From positions 1 through 64,000 of the IMG/VR virus record IMGVR_UViG_3300011435_000001: a stretch of DNA of 64,000 nt; one strand, written 5' to 3'. A program made the translations under genes and the position numbers. How positions within the stretch are numbered: the stretch's first letter is position 1; each line of letters opens with the position of its first letter. The DNA is from a virus. Lineage: Duplodnaviria; Caudoviricetes. The notes below the pieces were generated by a model. That model was given only the letters and a program-made list of their open reading frames with translations. It was not told the origin of the DNA and ran no database searches. Shown piece after piece: positions 19,100 to 26,385 of the stretch.

Positions 19100-20749
19100 T
19101 CACAATCCGCGAATCAAAGTTTTCTTGGCGCGGGTCACGGCCACGTAGAAAATGTTGGCCTCCTCGTTGGCGGTGTCCGGCGTGTTGCGAAAGCTGCTAC
19201 TGACCAAGCAGACCGTGTTCCACTCGAGCCCCTTGGCCTTGTGGACGCTCGAGCAGACAACCGCCGGGGTCCTGTTGCCTTGGCTGTCTTGGAAAATCTC
19301 AGTGATGCGAGCCTCGACCTGCGAGACGTTCGCGCAGCCGTCGGAGAGCGCTTCGAGCGTCGCAACTTGGTCGTTGACCAGCTCGACCTTGTTCTGGACA
19401 TACTTGCCACCAGCAGCCTGCGCGCGGCGAACCTGCTTTTCTCCCCAGCGCGCCAGTTTCGACAGGAAGTCGGGGACCGACTTCGCCTTCAGCTTGCGGA
19501 CCATTCCGACGAGCTGCTGACCAATGTCGCGGCCCTCGACGCGCGCCGGGGTGCCCCTGCGCAGCAATCCGAGGCAAATGCTCATGAGCGGAGCGTTCAG
19601 GCGGCTCAGCACGGCGTCACCGACCACCAGCGACGCGACGGCGGCGGTCATCGTCATCTCGCGGACTTCGCCTTCGGGGGCGGACGGCGCCGCGGTGTAG
19701 TCGGCAACGATGCTGTTGGCGAGGGCCACAACCGACTTGGGGCAGCGGTAGGTCGTGGTGAGACCGAGCGTGCCCGCGTTCAAGCGCTGCTTCATCAGGT
19801 GCATTCCGTCCGACGCTGCACCGCGGAAGCCATAGATGGCCTGACGGTCGTCACCCACGACGCAAATCCTGCCACCGGGCTTGCAGGAGCGTTCCGCCAT
19901 CAGCAACTGGGGCATGTTCATGTCCTGCGCCTCGTCGATGACCACCAGAGAAAAGGTGGGCTTGACCCAGCCAGCCGCTACCGGCAACCAGACCATGTCG
20001 TTGAAGGAAATCCGGCCCATGCCGTCCTTTTCGAGGGAGCAGCGCAGAACGTCAATCGCAATCTGAGCCAGCTTGGCGACGGGGAAGGCCGCTTCCAGTT
20101 CGTCGGGCGCGCAGATGTCGCGGGAGTCAGCCAGCTCGAGGACCTCGTTCAGGCTGGGCACGCTCACGAAACTGTTCTTGCAAAATCCGACCAGCTTGAC
20201 AACCGGGGTGGTGATTTCTTCCGGAAGACCGGGGGCAACGGCCTCGATGCGGGCGAACTCGACGTTGTCCTCGGGCTTCGCGTCGGACCACACGCGCTTG
20301 ATGAAGCTGTAGCCGAGCCCGTGGAGGGTGCGGACTTCAACGCGGGCGTCGGTGATTTTTTCCTGCGCCTCGACTTGATTCTTCTTGTTGAACACGGCGT
20401 AGAGCAGCTTGCCGGACTCGGGGGCGTGGGAGAAGGCCTGCTTGATGGTGGTGGTCTTGCCGGTGCCCGCGCGCGCTTGAACGACCATGTTGCCGGTGCC
20501 AGTGGCGAACCACGAGAAAATCGCGGTCTGCTCGTCGGACCAATCCACGTTGCCGGTGATTTCCTTAAGGGTGGTGGGCTTGGGGGCGCGGTTGCCACCG
20601 TTCACCAGCGCGAGGGCGGCCTCGGCCTTCTCGGCGCGAACCGTCCAGCACTTCTTGACGCCATTCCACCGGGCGCCCATGCGCTTCAAGGCCTCTTTCA
20701 CCGGGTAGGTATTCCCGGTTATTTCCACGTAGGTCACTGTTTCGTTCAT
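19100..20749 (-). CDS. UvrD/REP-family SF1 helicase with extra N-terminal domain
   Basis: 'ARAGTGKTT', 'VVIDEAQD', 'VGDDRQAIYGFRGA', 'LTTTYRCP', 'VHKAKGLEW', 'YVAVTRAK'. Confidence 0.92.
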   Translation of the reverse strand: MNETVTYVEITGNTYPVKEALKRMGARWNGVKKCWTVRAEKAEAALALVNGGNRAPKPTTLKEITGNVDWSDEQTAIFSWFATGTGNMVVQARAGTGKTTTIKQAFSHAPESGKLLYAVFNKKNQVEAQEKITDARVEVRTLHGLGYSFIKRVWSDAKPEDNVEFARIEAVAPGLPEEITTPVVKLVGFCKNSFVSVPSLNEVLELADSRDICAPDELEAAFPVAKLAQIAIDVLRCSLEKDGMGRISFNDMVWLPVAAGWVKPTFSLVVIDEAQDMNMPQLLMAERSCKPGGRICVVGDDRQAIYGFRGAASDGMHLMKQRLNAGTLGLTTTYRCPKSVVALANSIVADYTAAPSAPEGEVREMTMTAAVASLVVGDAVLSRLNAPLMSICLGLLRRGTPARVEGRDIGQQLVGMVRKLKAKSVPDFLSKLARWGEKQVRRAQAAGGKYVQNKVELVNDQVATLEALSDGCANVSQVEARITEIFQDSQGNRTPAVVCSSVHKAKGLEWNTVCLVSSSFRNTPDTANEEANIFYVAVTRAKKTLIRGL

Positions 20750-20754
20750 GTGGT

Positions 20755-20782
20755 AAGTTACCACAGGACGGGAACCCGTCAA
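20755..20782 (-). promoter_or_regulatory. sigma70-type promoter, leaderless
   Basis: TTGACG-16-TAACTT-5 nt-ATG (20749). Confidence 0.7.
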
Positions 20783-20792
20783 GGGACTATTT

Positions 20793-21599
20793 TCACAGTG
20801 TTTTCAGCCATTTTTGCACTTTTCCGAAAAACTTTTGGTTGTCGACGCGGGCCTCGTGCAGTGCGGAAATATGGTGGATGCCTGCTGTGAACACTTGCCG
20901 CAGTTTTTCCACGTCCGCGAAATTCTTGGCTTCTGGCCACCCTTCCAGCGGTCCGTCCCAGAATCGGTTTCCCCAGTCGTATGGACGCCAGAGGACGACT
21001 TGTTTTTCGAGCAAGCAGGACCAATAGGCACCGTGGTAGGAGTTCGTGACGATGGTCGTGGCCCGGGAGATGAACTGAATCGCCTGCTGGAAGCTGTCCC
21101 CCTTGTTGGTGATGGCGGCGTAGCGGCTGCCCGCGAATCGCTTGTCGGCGTGCTCGTAGGCCCGTATCCCATGCGCTTCTCCCTGATACTTGAGGAAGTG
21201 AGTGAACACCCCAGACATGGCGGACGCGCAGGGCACATGCTCGAAACCGTGGTGCATCGCAAAGCCCGGGTTACGGACGCCAACGGGACCGTGACACTTC
21301 GACAGGGCCTTGGACAGCCTGCCGCATTCTGATGGCGGGAAAGCGTCGAGCTGGTAGTTCATGCCCGCACCCCAAATGGCTACGCGGAAGAATCCGTTCA
21401 ACTGTTCAAGGCGGTCGGGGAACCCGGGCATGAACATTCCACCCCCGCCGAGAACGATGGGCGTGCCTTCGGGCAAGTCGCGCGTGTCATTCCAGTCTCG
21501 CCTCTCGCAGTCGTCGAATTCGCTGAATCCGTCCGCCGGGCAGCAGGCAAGGTCGCCAAGGTTTCGCGTGTTGCGCATGTGAAGGAAAACAGGTCTCAT
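20793..21599 (-). CDS. Polysaccharide pyruvyl transferase-like protein
   Basis: 'IVLGGGGMF', 'AIWGAG', 'VGVRN', 'VPCAS', 'TIVTNSYHGAYWSCLL'. Confidence 0.7.
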   Translation of the reverse strand: MRPVFLHMRNTRNLGDLACCPADGFSEFDDCERRDWNDTRDLPEGTPIVLGGGGMFMPGFPDRLEQLNGFFRVAIWGAGMNYQLDAFPPSECGRLSKALSKCHGPVGVRNPGFAMHHGFEHVPCASAMSGVFTHFLKYQGEAHGIRAYEHADKRFAGSRYAAITNKGDSFQQAIQFISRATTIVTNSYHGAYWSCLLEKQVVLWRPYDWGNRFWDGPLEGWPEAKNFADVEKLRQVFTAGIHHISALHEARVDNQKFFGKVQKWLKTL

Positions 21600-21814
21600 A
21601 ATTCTTTAATTCTGCTCTGCAACTCCCGCACCCACTGCGTCAGCGTGAGTGCGTGCAGGCGGGTCACATAAACCCCCTGTTGGTAAAGCCGGTTAGCCAC
21701 GCCCCCGGAGAAGTAGAAGTAAATCCCCCTCGAGCTTCTGCGAAAGCGGCACAGTTCAACTTCCTTGTCGCCTGTCGCTTCCCGCAGGGCTGCTGTTATG
21801 CTCTTGAGGGTCAT
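21596..21814 (-). CDS. Hypothetical protein
   Basis: MTLKSITAALRE...; overlaps the next start. Confidence 0.45.
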   Translation of the reverse strand: MTLKSITAALREATGDKEVELCRFRRSSRGIYFYFSGGVANRLYQQGVYVTRLHALTLTQWVRELQSRIKEL

Positions 21815-21816
21815 GA

Positions 21817-22101
21817 TTAACCCCGGAGGCACGACCCGCACAGGCGGGACGGGTGGTTGTATGGTTGACCGCAGAGAATGCAGCCTCCGTTCTTCTCGTC
21901 CTCGAACAACAGCGGAATCTTGTCCGCCGCCGCACGCATCGCCTTGCGCTGCGCCTCTTCGCCCCTGAGCCACGCGGCGTGCAGGTCCGCGTCGTATTCG
22001 AAGCCGGAGGGCTTGAAGGTCTTGCCGTTCACTGCCGCCAGCCGACCCGCGTTGAACGCGATGTCGAGCTGCTCGGACTTTTTAATCTCAGAATTTGTCA
22101 T
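21817..22101 (-). CDS. Hypothetical early protein with C-terminal Cys motif
   Basis: ATG 5 nt after a -10 box; CxxC...CxxC tail. Confidence 0.6.
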   Translation of the reverse strand: MTNSEIKKSEQLDIAFNAGRLAAVNGKTFKPSGFEYDADLHAAWLRGEEAQRKAMRAAADKIPLLFEDEKNGGCILCGQPYNHPSRLCGSCLRG

Positions 22102-22106
22102 GGTGT

Positions 22107-22135
22107 AAGGTAACACGGGTCGGGGCGCCCGTCAA
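22107..22135 (-). promoter_or_regulatory. sigma70-type promoter, leaderless
   Basis: TTGACG-17-TACCTT-5 nt-ATG. Confidence 0.75.
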
Positions 22136-22152
22136 CCCCGTATTTCTACGGG

Positions 22153-22524
22153 TCAGAAAGGGCATTCGTCTGTGGTCGCCGGTGCGGGGGCCGCAACCGT
22201 GGCTGGGACGGGCGAGAGCACCGTGTAAAAGCTGTCGTCGTTGTTGTCGCGGGCCAGCTCATTCAAGACCGGGCCCGCGGCGTCTTCGTAGGTGTCTCCG
22301 ACCGAGACAATCTTCGATTCCTCACCGAGGATGGCATCCGTGCTGCGGCAGTAGACCGCCCAGCAGTGCAGCACGACAAACTTGCCAGCGGCGACCAGCT
22401 CCGCCGCCTTCTTGCGTTCACTCCTGCGCGGCGTCGTGGCCGAGGAGTGGGCGAAGGCCCGTTGAAGTTCGTTGCGGTAACCGTCGTTTTCCGCTTCCAG
22501 TTCCGCTCGTTCGTTTAAGTTCAT
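22153..22524 (-). CDS. Hypothetical early protein
   Basis: ORF with a promoter-proximal ATG. Confidence 0.6.
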   Translation of the reverse strand: MNLNERAELEAENDGYRNELQRAFAHSSATTPRRSERKKAAELVAAGKFVVLHCWAVYCRSTDAILGEESKIVSVGDTYEDAAGPVLNELARDNNDDSFYTVLSPVPATVAAPAPATTDECPF

Positions 22525-22529
22525 GGTGA

Positions 22530-22557
22530 AAGGTAGCACGGGCGCGGCGTAGCGCAA
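22530..22557 (-). promoter_or_regulatory. sigma70-type promoter, leaderless
   Basis: TTGCGC-16-TACCTT-5 nt-ATG. Confidence 0.65.
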
Positions 22558-22567
22558 GGCAGTATTT

Positions 22568-22843
22568 CTACTGTTTGGTGTCTAGGTTGGCGTAGTAGGC
22601 GTCCTGTTGCTCCTTGGTGTCGAGCCGGACCACGGAAGCGCGGGTCGAGGCCTTCGCGCCGATGCGCTTGTAAAGCTTCACCTCCGCGTCGGCGTCGGTG
22701 CGGGCGAACACGGAGAACTGGGGTCCTCCGTATTTCATGGTGAACACATACAGCGCGCGGGCGGGCTTCTGGCGCCGGAGGTCGCGCGGAGATTCGACGT
22801 TGCGGGTGCCCATGAGGGTGGTGGGGATTTTGTGCTCGCTCAT
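22568..22843 (-). CDS. Hypothetical early protein
   Basis: 91-aa ORF coupled to the upstream gene. Confidence 0.55.
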   Translation of the reverse strand: MSEHKIPTTLMGTRNVESPRDLRRQKPARALYVFTMKYGGPQFSVFARTDADAEVKLYKRIGAKASTRASVVRLDTKEQQDAYYANLDTKQ

Positions 22844-23094
22844 AGAACGTAAGTGGTGAGTTCGTAGGTGCCGCTGTCCAGACGGTAGAGGACGACCTGA
22901 AAGTGCTTGCGGGTGACCCGGCCCTTGTAGGTGAACACCGGCACCGACATGCGGCGGGTCTCACCGTAGTTCACTGGCTCGCGGGCGATGTCCGCTGTCC
23001 ACTGCAAGTCGTGAAAAACGACGCCCGCCTTAGCCGCGTTGGTCGCGGCGGCTTCGATGGCTCCGGCGAAGGTGTCGTGGTAGATGTTGCTCAT
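22840..23094 (-). CDS. Hypothetical early protein
   Basis: MSNIYHDTF...'QVVLYRLDSGTYELTTY'; promoter-proximal ATG. Confidence 0.65.
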   Translation of the reverse strand: MSNIYHDTFAGAIEAAATNAAKAGVVFHDLQWTADIAREPVNYGETRRMSVPVFTYKGRVTRKHFQVVLYRLDSGTYELTTYVL

Positions 23095-23099
23095 GGCGT

Positions 23100-23127
23100 A
23101 AGGTAGCACGGGTGCGGCTAAACGCAA
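23100..23127 (-). promoter_or_regulatory. sigma70-type promoter, leaderless
   Basis: TTGCGT-16-TACCTT-5 nt-ATG. Confidence 0.7.
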
Positions 23128-23131
23128 GGGC

Positions 23132-23584
23132 CTATTGTTCGGAAAGAATGGCGGCGTCGTTGACCTGCTTGTTGATGCGGGCAAGGTCGTGGGGGCAGTC
23201 GCAGGTGGGCTGCTTGCGGCCTTCCCACGCGTCGCTGTGGGCAGTCGTGACGGCTTCGAGGGCTCGGTCGCCATCGTTGGGGGCGTCGTAGGAGGAGATG
23301 GAGTAGTCGCAGACCAGCTCGCCCGGGCTGTTGCCGAGCACGAGGAAAAGCCAGCGTTTCTTGGTCTCGCCGCCCTTGCTGTAGGCCACGTAAAGGCGGG
23401 ACTCGTCGCAGGCGATGAGGTTGGAGATGAACGCGGAGCGCTTTCCGTCGTATTTGAACCCCTCCTCGCCGTTGTGGCCGGAGAGCAGCGCGAAGCCCGC
23501 CTTTTCGAGTGTGCGGAGGAGCGACGCGACTTCAGGGCGCCAGTTGTTGATTCGGCGGACAGTGAGCGATTCAGTATTTATCAT
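23132..23584 (-). CDS. Hypothetical early phage protein
   Basis: 'WLFLVLGNSPGELVCDYS' motif; promoter-proximal ATG. Confidence 0.65.
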   Translation of the reverse strand: MINTESLTVRRINNWRPEVASLLRTLEKAGFALLSGHNGEEGFKYDGKRSAFISNLIACDESRLYVAYSKGGETKKRWLFLVLGNSPGELVCDYSISSYDAPNDGDRALEAVTTAHSDAWEGRKQPTCDCPHDLARINKQVNDAAILSEQ

Positions 23585-23589
23585 GACGC

Positions 23590-23618
23590 AAGATGCCACG
23601 GAAGACTGCGTTCGTCAA
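23590..23618 (-). promoter_or_regulatory. sigma70-type promoter, leaderless
   Basis: TTGACG-17-CATCTT-5 nt-ATG. Confidence 0.65.
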
Positions 23619-23621
23619 CCC

Positions 23622-23960
23622 CTATCGTGGGATAGGGGATTTACAGTCGCACACGTCCCCCGCCCCGGTCGCGTGGCCGGGATAATAGTTGTTGCAACGT
23701 GGGCAGGTCACCTCATGGATAACCGAAGCCGCGTAGGCGTAGGTGACTCCGTTTTCCAGACACCACAGCTCCCGGAAAAACTTTGCGGCTTGCAGCCGGT
23801 GAGCTTGCCTGTCTTCCGAGGGCTGATTGAGGTCGAGCCCGAGCTGCCAGTGCTTGTGATATTCACTGAACACAAGACGGCTCTCCGGCGTCGTCGCTCC
23901 ACGCTTCGCGAGCTGAAACTGGTGGGCGGACATGGCGTGCTGAATCTCGGCGTCGCTCAT
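23622..23960 (-). CDS. Hypothetical protein with C-terminal Zn-ribbon
   Basis: MSDAEIQH...CPRC...CDC. Confidence 0.55.
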   Translation of the reverse strand: MSDAEIQHAMSAHQFQLAKRGATTPESRLVFSEYHKHWQLGLDLNQPSEDRQAHRLQAAKFFRELWCLENGVTYAYAASVIHEVTCPRCNNYYPGHATGAGDVCDCKSPIPR

Positions 23961-24064
23961 TTGAGTTTGGACAGAGCCCAGACCCAAGCGACGATGATAA
24001 CCACCGGCATCGCGAACACGATGGCGAGGGACCCGAGCACGAGAAGCAAGTCGAGGATGTTCAT
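23957..24064 (-). CDS. 35-aa single-pass membrane peptide
   Basis: MNILDLLLVLGSLAIVFAMPVVIIVAWVWALSKLK; ATGA overlaps at both ends. Confidence 0.55.
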   Translation of the reverse strand: MNILDLLLVLGSLAIVFAMPVVIIVAWVWALSKLK

Positions 24065-24156
24065 CGCATTAGTCGGCTGATGGTGTAGCCGATGAAGACG
24101 AGCACGCACACGACGTAGACCGCGAGCGTGACGAGTGTGTCAAACAGGTTGTTCAT
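24061..24156 (-). CDS. 31-aa single-pass membrane peptide
   Basis: MNNLFDTLVTLAVYVVCVLVFIGYTISRLMR. Confidence 0.5.
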   Translation of the reverse strand: MNNLFDTLVTLAVYVVCVLVFIGYTISRLMR

Positions 24157-24161
24157 ACGTT

Positions 24162-24332
24162 TTATTTCTCCGCAGTCAAGCAGCGGTTGCACAGAATCCT
24201 CACACCGTCCGGAGCCAGCGTGGCAGCGTCTCCGACGGAGTCCCAGTTGAAAATCAGCCGTCGGCAACAGTCGCAGCTCTCGACGATTCCCGACCTGTCG
24301 AAGGACAGGACCGTTTTGTTGAATTCGTTCAT
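24162..24332 (-). CDS. 56-aa Cys-rich (Zn-finger-like) protein
   Basis: MNEFNK...CDCC...CNRC. Confidence 0.5.
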   Translation of the reverse strand: MNEFNKTVLSFDRSGIVESCDCCRRLIFNWDSVGDAATLAPDGVRILCNRCLTAEK

Positions 24333-24333
24333 A

Positions 24334-24414
24334 TCACTTTCTCCACATTGACCACGACCAAGCCGCGAGCGGCAGGAACATCAGCACGACCAACAACATT
24401 GCGATTAGTATCAT
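24334..24414 (-). CDS. 26-aa hydrophobic peptide
   Basis: MILIAMLLVVLMFLPLAAWSWSMWRK; starts 7 nt after the tRNA-like RNA 3' end. Confidence 0.4.
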   Translation of the reverse strand: MILIAMLLVVLMFLPLAAWSWSMWRK

Positions 24415-24421
24415 AAAAAAT

Positions 24422-24543
24422 TGGTGGGGCCCCTCTGGATTTTCACCATCGTCTAGCCCCGAAGGGCACCCGAGTTACAATCCTCAGGCCGTCTCATCGC
24501 ACTCAGTGTGTGCAATCGCGAGTGTTTCGCAGACCGGAACCCC
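24422..24543 (-). ncRNA. 122-nt tRNA-like RNA (Tyr-like) with expanded D region and long variable arm
   Basis: GGGGTTCC/GGGGCCCC acceptor + A-CCA; CCTGAG/CTCGGG stem with loop GATTGTAA; GCCC-TTCG-GGGC variable arm; TGG-TGAAAAT-CCA T-like arm. Confidence 0.7.
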
Positions 24544-24551
24544 GTAAAAAT

Positions 24552-24624
24552 TGGTGGGTCGGGGAGGGCTTTAACCTCCGTTTCACCGTTAAAACCGGTG
24601 CGTCTTGAATGAAACGACCGACCC
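24552..24624 (-). tRNA. tRNA-Lys(UUU), non-canonical
   Basis: 73-nt cloverleaf: GGGTCGG/CCGACCC, GTTT/AGAC, CACCG-GTTTTAA-CGGTG, GGAGG-TTAAAGC-CCTCC, A-CCA. Confidence 0.85.
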
Positions 24625-24632
24625 ATATCGTT

Positions 24633-24706
24633 TGAAGGGGGCAGCCCACCCCCGAGGTTACCGCCTCTATGCCCGGAGGTCCCGCTCCGGATGGCTGCGC
24701 CCTTCA
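24633..24706 (-). ncRNA. Candidate three-way-junction small RNA
   Basis: Closing stem TGAAGGG-C-GCAGCC / GGCTGC-C-CCCTTCA enclosing hairpins CCGGAG/CTCCGG and GAGG/CCTC. Confidence 0.5.
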
Positions 24707-24718
24707 CCCGACACCAGT

Positions 24719-24746
24719 AAAGTATCACAACCCGGCATCTTGTCAA
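24719..24746 (-). promoter_or_regulatory. sigma70-type promoter for the RNA cluster
   Basis: TTGACA-16-TACTTT just upstream of the three structured RNAs. Confidence 0.7.
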
Positions 24747-24937
24747 ATGCCTCCGCGTCTTTTTCTGCGACGGGTCCCACGAGGGCGAGGAAGGTAAGCA
24801 GGGTGCCCACCGCTCTACGAAGCCGCTCCCGCGCGCATTGCGCCGCGATGGTCATGGGGTATTGAGTTTTCAAAAAGAAAGGGCAGGGTTCCTTCCCTGC
24901 CCCGTTTGGCGAGCATGTCCCGGACTCTCTTCCCAAA

Positions 24938-25351
24938 TCAGTCGTTGTGATGGATGGACCCGTTTTGGTGTCCCGCGCCTCCACCATTCGCAACTCCGCC
25001 ATTGCCGCCAGCTCCACCGTTGCCTCCCGTGCCCGAGACAGTCGTGGTCGTGTTGACGCTCGTCTTGGCCGGGCGCAGGAGAGCCGCGCCGCCGACGATG
25101 CCACCAGCCGTGGCCACTGCCGGAACGAATCCGGGTCCGCCGGTCTGGTTGAGGACGGCTTCAATCGTGCCGGGCTTCTTCGGGTCGAACGCGACGATGG
25201 TCGTCTGGCTCGGAGCGAAAAGGCTCGCGGTGCGAATGCGGACGATTTTCAGTCCGTTCACTTCGCCGATGATTTTGGTGCCCGCTTGCGCGGGAGTGAT
25301 AACCGCCAACAACAGTGTCAGCGCCAGTAGGGTTTTGATGTTGTATTTCAT
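24938..25351 (-). CDS. Exported / membrane Gly-rich protein
   Basis: Signal-peptide-like MKYNIKTLLALTLLLAVITPAQA; Gly/Asn-rich C-terminus; upstream TTGACG-18-TAACCT promoter (25362-25391). Confidence 0.6.
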   Translation of the reverse strand: MKYNIKTLLALTLLLAVITPAQAGTKIIGEVNGLKIVRIRTASLFAPSQTTIVAFDPKKPGTIEAVLNQTGGPGFVPAVATAGGIVGGAALLRPAKTSVNTTTTVSGTGGNGGAGGNGGVANGGGAGHQNGSIHHND

Positions 25352-25392
25352 CAGTGTTCGTAGGTTAGCACGAGGCACGTCGCCCCGTCAAA

Positions 25393-26376
25393 TCAGAGGG
25401 TGCCTTTCCATTCTTTGCGCGCCTTGTGCGCGTCCGCCTCCACCATCATTTTGACGAGCGCGGAAAAAGTGGTTGAGGCGTGCCAGCCCAATTTATCCCG
25501 CGTCTGCGTGTGGTCCCCGAGCAGCAGGTCCACTTCCGTTGGCCTTAACAGCCGTGGGTCGAAGACCACATATTCCTGCCAAGGCTTGGGCAGGTTCGCA
25601 TACTCGAAGGCGGTGTCGAGAAAATCCCGAACGCTCCAAGTCTGGCCGGTCGCGACGACGTAATCGCCGGGCTTCTCTTGTTGCAGCATCAGGTGCATGG
25701 CCTTGACGTAGTCGCCCGCAAAGCCCCAGTCGCGCTGAGCATCCAAGTTGCCGAGCGTCAGGTTGTCTTGCAGACCGTATAAGATGCGACCGATGGCGCG
25801 CGTGATTTTGCGGGTGACGAAGGTCTCACCCCGCCGGGGACTCTCGTGGTTGAAAAGGATTCCGTTGCTCGCGTGCATCCCGTGCGCCTCGCGGTAGTTC
25901 ACCGTCGCGAAGTGCGCCATCACCTTCGCGCAGCCGTAGGGGGAGCGCGGATAAAAGGGCGTGGTCACCTTCTGCGGGTTCTCGTGGACCTTGCCGAACA
26001 TTTCGCTCGAGCCCGCTTGGTAGTATCGCGCCTCGGGGCAGCAGGTCTTCACGGCCTCGAGCATTCGCAACGCACCTAGTCCCGTCACGTCTCCCGTGTA
26101 GATTGGCTGGTCAAACGAAACTCTGACGTGCGACTGTGCCGCCAGATTGTAAACCTCGGTCGGCTTCACCTTGAGCAGTATCGCGCAAATCGACGCGAGG
26201 TCCGTCAGGTCGCTGTAGTGCAGATGAAGCCGACTAAAAATGTGGTCAATCCGGCCCGTGTTGAAAGAGGAGGAACGGCGTATGGTGCCGTGGACTTCGT
26301 AGCCCAGCTCGAGCAGGTGCTCGGCGAGGTAGGAACCGTCCTGTCCGGTGATGCCGGTGATGAGTGCGGTTTTCAT
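25393..26376 (-). CDS. gmd: GDP-mannose 4,6-dehydratase
   Basis: '[21 protein letters not shown]', '[10 protein letters not shown]', 'PRSPYGCAK', '[17 protein letters not shown]', '[11 protein letters not shown]'. Confidence 0.97.
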   Translation of the reverse strand: MKTALITGITGQDGSYLAEHLLELGYEVHGTIRRSSSFNTGRIDHIFSRLHLHYSDLTDLASICAILLKVKPTEVYNLAAQSHVRVSFDQPIYTGDVTGLGALRMLEAVKTCCPEARYYQAGSSEMFGKVHENPQKVTTPFYPRSPYGCAKVMAHFATVNYREAHGMHASNGILFNHESPRRGETFVTRKITRAIGRILYGLQDNLTLGNLDAQRDWGFAGDYVKAMHLMLQQEKPGDYVVATGQTWSVRDFLDTAFEYANLPKPWQEYVVFDPRLLRPTEVDLLLGDHTQTRDKLGWHASTTFSALVKMMVEADAHKARKEWKGTL

Positions 26377-26385
26377 TTTCCTTGG

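Noticed and set aside
19241-20890. 549-aa + strand ORF
   Set aside because: Antisense shadow of the UvrD gene caused by GC-rich codon bias; no motifs
24422-24543. tmRNA call (GGGG...CCCCACCA ends)
   Set aside because: Only 122 nt, no G3.U70 pair, no tag ORF or pseudoknot region
24667-25164. 165-aa - strand ORF running into the RNA cluster
   Set aside because: Overlaps the exported-protein gene, the RNA promoter and the structured RNA; no motif support
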